DNA of 32,000 nt from Pseudomonas nitroreducens NBRC 12694 (GTDB lineage: Bacteria; Pseudomonadota; Gammaproteobacteria; Pseudomonadales; Pseudomonadaceae): the NCBI RefSeq assembly GCF_002091755.1, contig NZ_BDAI01000001.1, positions 1,128,670-1,160,669 on the forward strand, written 5' to 3'. The notes below the pieces were generated by a model that was given only the letters and a program-made list of their open reading frames with translations, ran no database searches and was not told the origin of the DNA. Below, piece by piece: positions 18,115 to 25,366 of this stretch (its first letter is position 1; each line of letters starts with the position of its first letter). The position numbers were made by a program, and so were the translations under genes.

Positions 18115-19302
18115 TCACTCCTTCAAAATGGCGAACGCGGCCAGCACCGATGCCATGAACATCAGCGCGTAGCGCAGGTAGGAGAGTTTTTCTTCGTAGG
18201 CGGTGAAGCAGAGGCTGACGCTCTTCTTCCACACGGTGAAGGTGTCGCAGGGGAGCTTGCCGCCGCCCTCGCCCAGGTTCAGGTCAAACACGCCTCTGAG
18301 CTGATCAGCGTTGGTTTTGATCTTGTCGCGGAAGGTGTCTTTGGCTTCTTCGACTTTGGCGTCCCACTCTTTGAGTGCTTCGTCCCAACTGCCCTGCTTG
18401 GGCTGCTCCAGTTCCTCCGTGGGGCCGTCGCCGCCATCGGAGCCGTCATCACCGCCACCGCCGCCGGTATTGCCGCCGTCGCCGCCACCCTCACCACTGC
18501 CCGTACCAGGATTGGTGCCGCCATCGCTGCCGCCGCCGTTGTTTCCGCCACCGTTGTTGCCCCCGCCCGAACCGCTACCGCTGTTGTTGTTTTCAGCGGG
18601 GCCGCCCGGTGTGGCGACACAGGTGGTGCCTGACCACGAGTAGCCGGGAAAGCAACGATGGTCGGGATCGACATCCGGCGGGGTCTGTTGCGCATTGGTG
18701 CAGCCGATGTAGCCGTTCACCGTTTTCACGCAATCGAACTTCTTGGCAAGGTCATCCAGATAGTCCTGTAGCGACTTCTCCGGATCGGTGCCGTCGGCGT
18801 TATCCGAGGGATCGTCATTGCCGCTGGGCGACATGTCGAATTCGCACTGCGTGGCGGTGCAGTTCTGCGGCTCGCCCGGCTCGTAAATGCAGTGATCCTT
18901 GATCTCCGGATCAACCGGGATTACGGCCTGCCCATCGACGAAGGAGAACTGGACAATCTTGGTGTAGGGATCGCGGGTCTTGCAGTCATCGTCGCTAGGT
19001 GCCGGAGGATCATCACAGGCACCTGTCGCGGAGTTATAAACCTTCGGCGCAACACACTCCGTTCCATACCTGTACGTCGAGCTGTACAAGTAATCCCGAT
19101 CATCATTTTCGCCGTAGCGATAGACACACTGAGCACTCCTGCCATTAGCACTCATATCAACCCGCTTAAATCTTGGGTAGATGGCAGTGCAAGCCGCAAC
19201 AGCAGAAGGCCATTGCCCAGAGCGCCCCGAGACAGTCCAGTAATAATCAGCGGACGCGGAGAAAGACAAAAAGAGCAGCACAATAAGAAATATATGCCGC
19301 AT
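18115..19302 (-). CDS. coaA: adsorption / minor coat protein CoaA (gene III analogue)
   Basis: ATG at 19302 with GGAGA Shine-Dalgarno. Signal peptide MRHIFLIVLLFLSFSASA, Cys-rich N-domain, long Gly/Asn/Ser/Asp linker and a C-terminal membrane anchor (LMFMASVLAAFAILKE). The longer ORF-track start would run through coaB. Confidence 0.8.
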   Translation of the reverse strand: MRHIFLIVLLFLSFSASADYYWTVSGRSGQWPSAVAACTAIYPRFKRVDMSANGRSAQCVYRYGENDDRDYLYSSTYRYGTECVAPKVYNSATGACDDPPAPSDDDCKTRDPYTKIVQFSFVDGQAVIPVDPEIKDHCIYEPGEPQNCTATQCEFDMSPSGNDDPSDNADGTDPEKSLQDYLDDLAKKFDCVKTVNGYIGCTNAQQTPPDVDPDHRCFPGYSWSGTTCVATPGGPAENNNSGSGSGGGNNGGGNNGGGSDGGTNPGTGSGEGGGDGGNTGGGGGDDGSDGGDGPTEELEQPKQGSWDEALKEWDAKVEEAKDTFRDKIKTNADQLRGVFDLNLGEGGGKLPCDTFTVWKKSVSLCFTAYEEKLSYLRYALMFMASVLAAFAILKE

Positions 19303-19316
19303 ATACCTATCTCCAT

Positions 19317-19345
19317 GAAAAAAGAACCCCGCCGAAGCGGGGTCC
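19317..19345 (-). terminator. rho-independent terminator/attenuator between coaB and coaA
   Basis: On the minus strand: GGACCCCGC-TTCG-GCGGGGTTC followed by TTTTTT. A terminator after the major coat gene is classic for filamentous phages. Confidence 0.6.
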
Positions 19346-19445
19346 AGGTTCGGCACTTGCAGTGCAGTCAGAAGAATTCGCCGCAGCGGTACCCGGTGAT
19401 GAAGGCGCCGGCGAAGAACGCCCCCAACCACACCGACCAGAGCAC

Positions 19446-19697
19446 TTACGCCTTGCGCAGCATGCTGTAGATCAGGCCGGCGACCGCGAGGATGACCAGG
19501 GCACCGACGATGTAGCCGCCGATGTTGGACATGTCGCCCTTGCCGTCGGTGATGGCCTGCTCGACCGAGCTGGTGTCGATGACGCTGGCGGCCCACACCG
19601 GCATCGAGGAGGCAGCGGTGACGGTGCCCGCGATGCAGACGTTTCGGAACGAGCGGATCGGGTTGAACTTGGCGATCTGTTGTTTCATGCCTTTCAT
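19446..19697 (-). CDS. coaB: major coat protein CoaB (gene VIII analogue)
   Basis: The mature part, ...VIDTSSVEQAITDGKGDMSNIGGYIVGALVILAVAGLIYSMLRKA, is nearly identical to the Pf1 coat protein as I remember it. The leader MKGMKQQIAKF... is also Pf1-like. Confidence 0.95.
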   Translation of the reverse strand: MKGMKQQIAKFNPIRSFRNVCIAGTVTAASSMPVWAASVIDTSSVEQAITDGKGDMSNIGGYIVGALVILAVAGLIYSMLRKA

Positions 19698-19710
19698 GGG
19701 TATTTCCTCT

Positions 19711-19962
19711 CTACTTGGCTTTACGAAGAAGTGACGCGACCCAGCCAGTTAAAAGCCCCGTCACGAATGCCCCGAGAACGCCCGCAGCACCGATGCTGAA
19801 GGCCTCCAGGGAGAACCCGCCGTTGACCAGGATTTCAATTGCTCCAGCGGCCTCGGGCGGAATCAGATAGGCCTGTTGCCATTCGATCTGCTGGCAGCGC
19901 ATGAGGCCGCCCGCCGTGGACGCCCAGCTGGTGCAGACCTGAACGGCGACCACGCCTGACAT
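19711..19962 (-). CDS. small Pf membrane protein (PA0722-position)
   Basis: 83 aa with a hydrophobic Gly/Ala-rich C-terminal helix ending LLRKAK. Tightly packed between neighbouring phage genes. Confidence 0.55.
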   Translation of the reverse strand: MSGVVAVQVCTSWASTAGGLMRCQQIEWQQAYLIPPEAAGAIEILVNGGFSLEAFSIGAAGVLGAFVTGLLTGWVASLLRKAK

Positions 19963-19963
19963 G

Positions 19964-20185
19964 TCAGCGGGCCTCCTTGCGTGGCTGGTCGCACCAGCCC
20001 CAGAAGGAGCGCAGGACGAACCACCACAGGGCGAAGAAGGCGAACGCAGCCGCGACCACAGCGATCACGGAATCCAGCGGGTAGGGTTCGAGGAATTCGC
20101 GCACCGCACGCACGGCAGGCGATACGGCGCAAAGGATTGCCACGTACAACACCCAGCCGAAGGCGAAACGGAGCGGCGCTTTCAT
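19964..20185 (-). CDS. small two-TM Pf membrane protein (PA0721/pfsE-position)
   Basis: 73 aa with two hydrophobic helices and an aromatic-rich end (FFALWWFVLRSFWGW). First gene downstream of the ssDNA-binding protein gene. Confidence 0.55.
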   Translation of the reverse strand: MKAPLRFAFGWVLYVAILCAVSPAVRAVREFLEPYPLDSVIAVVAAAFAFFALWWFVLRSFWGWCDQPRKEAR

Positions 20186-20201
20186 CTACCTACCCTCGCC
20201 G

Positions 20202-20636
20202 TCAGGACTTGCTGCTGTCGGAGGGTTTCTCAGCGGCAGGCTTCTCGCTGGCCGGCTGCTGAGTTGGGCGCTGGGCTTGTGCCTGGGGTTGCAGTTGGCG
20301 GCTCGGTGCGGGGGTGTGCACGTCCTTGCCGGTGGCGAGCAGTTCGGTCAGTACCTGGGTGTTCTTGGTGTTGCCGAAGCGGTCTTTGGTCGGGCGCACC
20401 ACGGTGGCGAACTTGCACAGCACCGGGGAGCCTTCGAAGACGATGGCATCGAGAAGGGTCGGCTCAATGTCGTACTGGGTGATTTCGAAGCCCTTGGCGT
20501 TGCCGCGAGCACCTTCTGGGATAGGGGAAATGGCCTGCACGCTGGCGAAGACTTCGCCGGAGGCTTTCGAGGTGAAGGTGTCAGTCTGGATGACCCACAG
20601 TTCAACGACACCGCCAGTGGTTGCAAACATGTTCAT
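20202..20636 (-). CDS. Pf ssDNA-binding protein (gene V analogue)
   Basis: ATG at 20636 with AAAGGAGAA Shine-Dalgarno gives 144 aa. The sequence MNMFATTGGVVELWVIQTDT...PIPEGARGNAKGFEI..Y.IEPTLLDAIVFEG.PVLCKFA.VVRPT.DRFG matches the Pf1 gene 5 protein from memory, with a Pro/Gln/Ala-rich tail. Confidence 0.92.
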   Translation of the reverse strand: MNMFATTGGVVELWVIQTDTFTSKASGEVFASVQAISPIPEGARGNAKGFEITQYDIEPTLLDAIVFEGSPVLCKFATVVRPTKDRFGNTKNTQVLTELLATGKDVHTPAPSRQLQPQAQAQRPTQQPASEKPAAEKPSDSSKS

Positions 20637-20973
20637 TGGTAGTTCTCCTTTTGCCTTTTTTAGGCATGAGTTGGCCCGCAACCTGATTAGGCTGTTCGCA
20701 TCAAATGGCGGGAATTACTGCCTTGCCGAATTATTCAAACATCTATTTCTACTGAAATTTCATACATCAATTAATTTCAGATAGATACTTTCAAACTGGA
20801 TACTGTTGGATAGGACACGACTCTATTTTTATGCCAACTTTCAATACATAAGAAAGTTTGATGTTCTTAAGAGAAACGTCGTAAGGACTCTGCCCTTACC
20901 ATCCCGCTCTCGCCGCCGAGGGCTCAGGAGCGCGGGGCGGTGGTGCTGCCCCTCACTCCCGCGCGGAGGCTAT
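20637..20973. promoter_or_regulatory. AT-rich non-coding region upstream of the structural operon (candidate promoter / origin / packaging region)
   Basis: No credible ORF. Markedly AT-rich. Contains the inverted repeat CTGAAATT (20752-20759) / AATTTCAG (20773-20780) and phased TGGATA copies at 20797-20802 and 20807-20812. Confidence 0.4.
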
Positions 20974-21180
20974 TCAGGGAGGGGGACGGTCAAGGGTGCG
21001 CTTCGCCCGGCGCTCCGTTTGACCGAACGGGAAAGCGCGTTCGGACAAGCCGGTGCGGCGGCCCTGGACCTGATTGGCCCAGGTGGGGATGGTGTGGCGA
21101 GCGTGGTAGCGGCCAATCACTGCACCAACCATCAGCAGGACGAGCCAGAAGATCAGGTGCGGGAGTGGGTTAGAGACCAT
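20974..21180 (-). CDS. small Pf protein with N-terminal TM helix
   Basis: 68 aa, LIFWLVLLMVGAVIG helix. Third-codon positions are mostly G/C. Starts 3 nt after the stop of the upstream ORF. Confidence 0.4.
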   Translation of the reverse strand: MVSNPLPHLIFWLVLLMVGAVIGRYHARHTIPTWANQVQGRRTGLSERAFPFGQTERRAKRTLDRPPP

Positions 21181-21781
21181 GGCTCAACCCTCCAGCTCGA
21201 AGGGGGCGCGCACGGGGACGAAGGGAGTCGGCCTGCCGCTGTCGTAGATAACGTGCCAGTACTTCGGGGGACGGAGCGCGGGCATGTGTTTCGCGCAAGT
21301 AGAACCCCGTTCCACCCGGTACGTCGAGTGGATCGAGCGCCACACTCCCGCGACCTTGGCCATCGTGGTAACGACCGTGAAGACTCGCGTAGGGCGGCAC
21401 TCGGTACAGGGTATGCACTGGGAGGGATCGGGCTTCGCCAGTTCGCGACGGGACCAGCAGACAGAGCAGTCGCAATCCGGGGCGTGAGGTTGACGAACGT
21501 ACTTCGACAGCATCGGAAGTCACCTCGCGATCAGAAGGCAGACGCGGATGAATCACAGCGAGAGAGAGCAGGCACCGCATAGAAGGAAGAACGTCATCAT
21601 CGCGGTTGGCTTCGACGGTCAAACGTGCGGAGGCAAGCTCCATCCGTCCTTCTTCATGGAATCGGCGCGCTGCATCTGCAAAGCCATCGGCCACTGCCTT
21701 GCGCATCAGCCGGAACGACATGCGCGCAGCGGCGAGTTTTTCTCGTACACGCTGAGCGCTGAGAGGAGAAAGAAGGCTCAT
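21170..21781 (-). CDS. ORF coupled to xis; 3-prime extent uncertain
   Basis: ATG at 21779-21781 overlaps the xis stop (ATGA). The first ~90 codons look protein-like (SAQRVREKLAAARMSFRLMRKAVADGFADAARRFHEEG). The frame then stays open across the 21184-21513 gene with an R/L/S/P/G-rich, off-frame-like composition. Confidence 0.3.
   Translation of the reverse strand: MSLLSPLSAQRVREKLAAARMSFRLMRKAVADGFADAARRFHEEGRMELASARLTVEANRDDDVLPSMRCLLSLAVIHPRLPSDREVTSDAVEVRSSTSRPGLRLLCLLVPSRTGEARSLPVHTLYRVPPYASLHGRYHDGQGRGSVALDPLDVPGGTGFYLRETHARAPSPEVLARYLRQRQADSLRPRARPLRAGGLSHGL
21184..21513 (-). CDS. Cys-rich small Pf protein (possible zinc-binding)
   Basis: 109 aa with CDCSVCW and CIPCTEC clusters. Third-codon positions are predominantly G/C when read by eye, supporting this frame over the overlapping one. 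Confidence 0.55.
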   Translation of the reverse strand: MLSKYVRQPHAPDCDCSVCWSRRELAKPDPSQCIPCTECRPTRVFTVVTTMAKVAGVWRSIHSTYRVERGSTCAKHMPALRPPKYWHVIYDSGRPTPFVPVRAPFELEG

Positions 21782-22002
21782 CAGAGGCCCTCCTGTTCCA
21801 GCAGATGACGATTCAACAGCGCCACATTCACCATGACGTGAGTTCCGATCTTGTAGCGCGGGATATACCCGCTCCTGATCCAGCCCCACACGATTTGCTC
21901 GTCGTCCCCCATTCCTATCCACCTCGCAAATTCTTTCCAAGGAAGAAGCGGCGGTGCCCCTCTGAGGTCGGCGACTGAAACTTTGACTCCATCCAAATCC
22001 AT
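21781..22002 (-). CDS. xis: excisionase / AlpA-type small HTH regulator (XisF-like)
   Basis: ATG at 22002 with AGGAG Shine-Dalgarno; 73 aa. The segment LLPWKEFARWIGMGDDEQIVWGWIRSGYIPRYKIG resembles MerR/AlpA-type excisionase HTH. Divergent from the repressor gene, as in Pf4/Pf5. Confidence 0.7.
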   Translation of the reverse strand: MDLDGVKVSVADLRGAPPLLPWKEFARWIGMGDDEQIVWGWIRSGYIPRYKIGTHVMVNVALLNRHLLEQEGL

Positions 22003-22034
22003 GACCCTACTCCTAGCACTCGACAACAAGGGAT

Positions 22035-22097
22035 CACCGTGGTCCACCGGCAGATAAAACCACCGTGGTCCCATTGCTGTCAAGACCACCGTGGTCC
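22035..22097. promoter_or_regulatory. three phased operator-like direct repeats in the xis / repressor divergent control region
   Basis: CACCGTGGTCC occurs exactly at 22035-22045, 22061-22071 and 22087-22097, i.e. every 26 bp, between the two divergent start codons. Confidence 0.6.
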
Positions 22098-22109
22098 ATC
22101 ATCGCCACC

Positions 22110-22529
22110 ATGAGCAGAGAAGACCCACAATTCAAACTTCGAATGCCGCAGTCCTTGCGAGATCAGGCGGAGCAGGCAGCCAAGAGTGCAAGCAGATCGC
22201 TAAACGCGGAGCTAGTTGCGCGCTTGGAGGCAAGCTTTCTCTCGGCCGCAGAACCTGGGGAGTTGATGCGTGCCGAACGGGCAAGGGAGCTCGCTGCAAT
22301 TGCGCGCGAGGGAGTTCCTGAAGAAATTCGGAGACGTGTACTAAAAGCGATCAACCGCGCCGTAGAGCTTGGGCACAGTGCGGTAATCGTGGATTTCAAA
22401 GACCTCAAGCTCGATGGAATGGCGGAACCCATCTTTGAGGAGCTGACACGCAATATCAGCCTCGAACTGACTAGTGCAGGCTACGAGATCGAATGGGACG
22501 GAGGGGCGGCACTCTGGATCAACTTCTGA
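22110..22529 (+). CDS. ribbon-helix-helix (Arc/MetJ-type) DNA-binding protein, candidate prophage immunity repressor
   Basis: ATG at 22110. N-terminus PQFKLRMPQSLRDQAEQAAKSASRSLNAELVARLEASF is a typical Arc-like RHH. Divergent to xis across the repeat-bearing operator region. Confidence 0.7.
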   Translation: MSREDPQFKLRMPQSLRDQAEQAAKSASRSLNAELVARLEASFLSAAEPGELMRAERARELAAIAREGVPEEIRRRVLKAINRAVELGHSAVIVDFKDLKLDGMAEPIFEELTRNISLELTSAGYEIEWDGGAALWINF

Positions 22530-22966
22530 TCAATCCTGCCCGCCACTAGACATCGCTTTCCGCTCCCGCGACCGTCACAGAGCGATCCTCATTCATCGCA
22601 CCAAGGTTCCGCCTCTCCACCCGCTCTTCGGCAAGTCAGGTAAACAGAACGGCTGGCTTTCGGGACAATCTCGTCTTGCCGGGATAACGCTCCTTACCTT
22701 TCTATGAGACAAGACGCCTGCGTCAAAGCAACCTATTGCTACCAGGTAGCTCTGCGCCGCACGAGGCTCTGGAGATGGGAAATGCTCGCCCCGATAGAAA
22801 ATCCTTAAAAATCAATAGCTTTATCAAAAGACCTCTTCGCTTTACGTCGGCCATCTGCTCTGGCAAATCGAATTTTCATACAGAAAAGTCGGAGAAATCT
22901 GACCCAAAGCCCGAAAACAGCGTGTTTACTTTGGTGTATAGTTAACGCAGTTTTTGTAATCCACCT

Positions 22967-23788
22967 ATGGGCTACCTCCTCATGACGTCTCGTACTGGCA
23001 TCCTGAAAAACTCCCCTCTCGCCCACGTGATTGCTTCCGTCCGGTTTGCGCCTTGGCCGCTCATCGCCAAGCACATGGCCGACATCCAAAATGCACTGCG
23101 AGAAATCGCACCGCTGATGAGCGAGATTCAATTGGAGCAGTTGGGACCAGATGGGCAACCGCTGGGAACTCCACGTCAGTCTTGGGTGCTGATAGCTGCT
23201 GACCACAGCTTCTCTATTCAGTTTTCTTCTGACCAGATGTTGATCCACTCATATAAATACTCTCGCTTTTCCGACTTTTCGGAGAGATTTGATAGATCAA
23301 TTTCAACCTTGCTTCAACATATGGGCTTTATTGACGTCATAAACATGGGCGTTAGATATATTGACCACATAAAACCAAAAAACAACGAAGATATAGAGCA
23401 ATATATAAACAAAAAATTCCTACCAGCAACTACAAGTGACCACAAATCAATCGGCGGACAATCAGTAGCCGACTACCTGATAAGCGAAACAACTCGCTTG
23501 CGAGTTAATATATTGAGCATGCCCGGCACTCCAAATCTTCCTCAGGATGTTATCAGTGTCTCCATGATGGATAGCGCTCCATATAGACAACTTCAAATTG
23601 AGGTTCTTCAGGAAAATCAGCTTACACTTGACATGGACGCAATATTTACCCCTCCGACTCCGTCCAGAATTAAGCGCGAAGATATTCTAGAAAAGCTGAA
23701 ATATCTTCATGATGTGAACAATGCATTCTTCAGGCACCCTGAAGTCTGCTCAGAGCATGCATTTAAAGTCTGGAAAGGAGAGCAGTAA
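22967..23788 (+). CDS. TIGR04255-like family protein (function unknown); cargo gene A
   Basis: Family-like landmarks from memory: N-terminal SPLAHVIASVRF, central MGVRYIDHI, LTLDMD, C-terminal NNAFFRH. The start could instead be the ATG at 22982. AT-rich. The stop overlaps the next ATG (TAATG). Confidence 0.7.
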   Translation: MGYLLMTSRTGILKNSPLAHVIASVRFAPWPLIAKHMADIQNALREIAPLMSEIQLEQLGPDGQPLGTPRQSWVLIAADHSFSIQFSSDQMLIHSYKYSRFSDFSERFDRSISTLLQHMGFIDVINMGVRYIDHIKPKNNEDIEQYINKKFLPATTSDHKSIGGQSVADYLISETTRLRVNILSMPGTPNLPQDVISVSMMDSAPYRQLQIEVLQENQLTLDMDAIFTPPTPSRIKREDILEKLKYLHDVNNAFFRHPEVCSEHAFKVWKGEQ

Positions 23789-24480
23789 TGGATTATTACG
23801 GAACCAACTCCCAAGCCTACAGCGCACCACCCTATATCATAGATAGCAAAAGCCTATTTACCTCTGGCGCCAGTGGCAGAAAGTTTCCAAATAAAAAGCC
23901 GCCGGCTACAGCAACAATCATTTTCAATACTGGGCATCAAAACATCAGCACAGGGGCAAGGCCGTTTAATGGCGGGAGAATTCGAGTCCTCATAAATGAT
24001 GTAGTATTTGAAACATCAAAAATAGAATTTAAAGAAACCCCAATAGAATCCACATCCGTAATAGCCTCACCGACAACAACATCAGAAAAACTATCACTAC
24101 TTCAGAGCTCCTTCGGAATATCAATAACGCAAATGTCCGACATTCTAGGAGTTACAAGAAAAACAATCTATGACTGGATTGACGGATCAGAGCCAAGACC
24201 TGCTTCTTCTCAGAAGATTGATATACTTACGGAGATCTCCGAAAGGCACTCCAACATCAACTTGTCGCGCCTAAAAACAGTCTGGAACATACCAATCAAC
24301 GGAAAGTCTTTACGCCAAGTATTGGCCGAAGACTCGACAGATAGGACTGGCGTGCTAGAAGATGCCTCTGCTAAAATCGCTGCGCTTGCCCCCAAGCTTG
24401 GGGCTCCAAGCAAGCCATCTAAGGCAAAGATAAGAATGGCTCACCTTTCTGATATTGACAGGGCATCAGATGTCGGATGA
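23788..24480 (+). CDS. XRE-type helix-turn-helix protein with an orphan N-terminal region; cargo gene B
   Basis: HTH ISITQMSDILGVTRKTIYDWIDG at about residues 120-142. The ~100-aa N-terminal segment looks low-complexity or disordered. The C-terminal tail (NIPINGKSLRQVLAEDSTDRTGVLEDA) is reminiscent of Xre/MbcA/ParS-type antitoxin C-domains. Confidence 0.72.
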   Translation: MDYYGTNSQAYSAPPYIIDSKSLFTSGASGRKFPNKKPPATATIIFNTGHQNISTGARPFNGGRIRVLINDVVFETSKIEFKETPIESTSVIASPTTTSEKLSLLQSSFGISITQMSDILGVTRKTIYDWIDGSEPRPASSQKIDILTEISERHSNINLSRLKTVWNIPINGKSLRQVLAEDSTDRTGVLEDASAKIAALAPKLGAPSKPSKAKIRMAHLSDIDRASDVG

Positions 24481-25366
24481 AGGTTTAGTTGAAGCTATCC
24501 GGAACAATGGATGGTGGCAGGGATCAGTGATCTCGGCCGCCGAGCTCAGTTCCTATCTGGAGCTGCCGGAAGGCATTGAGTTCCTAGTGGTCGCCTCTCA
24601 GACATGCAATCTCTACAACTTCAGTTTGACAAATATTCCTGTTTTCGAGCTGGTCGGCGCAAAACGTCTGGATAATTGTAATAACGCGTATACGAAAGGT
24701 GATCACCCTCGCATTCTACACCTAGAGTCAATCACTCAAGATCAAGAAACAATACTCCTCGAGGTCAATATATTACAACGATATTGGCTAGATCGCAGGA
24801 TATTAGCTTCCACATCTCCTATAGCATCTATTCGTGACTCATGCGACCTTCACGATCCAGACATCATGAAAAAGCAATGGCTGGACAAGTTTTCAGGATG
24901 GCTGGCCCGCAGCTATACCCGAGTAACCTTACCAGATGAATTTAATACCGCCCTCGAAAAGGGTCGATTGAAAAAATACATAAACAGTAAGCTAACGGCC
25001 GATGCAGACTCGCTACATGGTATATATTTTAACATCTCTCACGATAGCGAAGACCCGTATGATGGCTCGCTTGGCCTGATGCCGCCTCCCTACCTCTTGG
25101 AAATCACAGTAGTAACAAACTCCGGCGTTTCTTCAGAGTCTTTAGAAACCCGCATGAAACAGGAGCTTTTCGAGAGAAAAAAGAATGGAGATCAAGAGCC
25201 TCTTCCTTCTATCGCAGACACATGCCTTGCACAGGGTATTACCATCTCTGAACTAGGAATCATTGGCCGAACGACAGATGACTTGACACTTGGAGAGCTT
25301 AGCAACCTTACAAGATACTCCATGGTAGATCACCTTTCAGACTCAAAATTCTCCTCACCTGAATGA
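24470..25366 (+). CDS. orphan 298-aa protein; cargo gene C (candidate effector)
   Basis: ATG at 24470 lies 11 nt inside the end of gene B (the ORF-track start at 24455 is TTG). No catalytic or domain motif recognised by eye. Same AT-rich composition as genes A and B. Confidence 0.68.
   Translation: MSDEGLVEAIRNNGWWQGSVISAAELSSYLELPEGIEFLVVASQTCNLYNFSLTNIPVFELVGAKRLDNCNNAYTKGDHPRILHLESITQDQETILLEVNILQRYWLDRRILASTSPIASIRDSCDLHDPDIMKKQWLDKFSGWLARSYTRVTLPDEFNTALEKGRLKKYINSKLTADADSLHGIYFNISHDSEDPYDGSLGLMPPPYLLEITVVTNSGVSSESLETRMKQELFERKKNGDQEPLPSIADTCLAQGITISELGIIGRTTDDLTLGELSNLTRYSMVDHLSDSKFSSPE

Noticed and set aside
18311-18902. Pro/Ser- and Arg/Cys-rich + strand ORFs (18311-18643, 18375-18902)
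   Set aside because: These are complement-strand readings of the Gly-rich coaA linker (GGN codons read as Pro/Ser/Arg on the other strand).
20806-21582. 258-aa + strand ORF across the phage AT-rich region and small-gene block
   Set aside because: It starts in non-coding AT-rich DNA and then runs antisense to the better-supported minus-strand phage ORFs. The composition is off-frame-like.
22805-23248. 147-aa minus-strand ORF overlapping the start of cargo gene A
   Set aside because: It is antisense to the TIGR04255-like gene and extends into the leader. There is no Shine-Dalgarno or motif. The + strand gene is supported by operon coupling.
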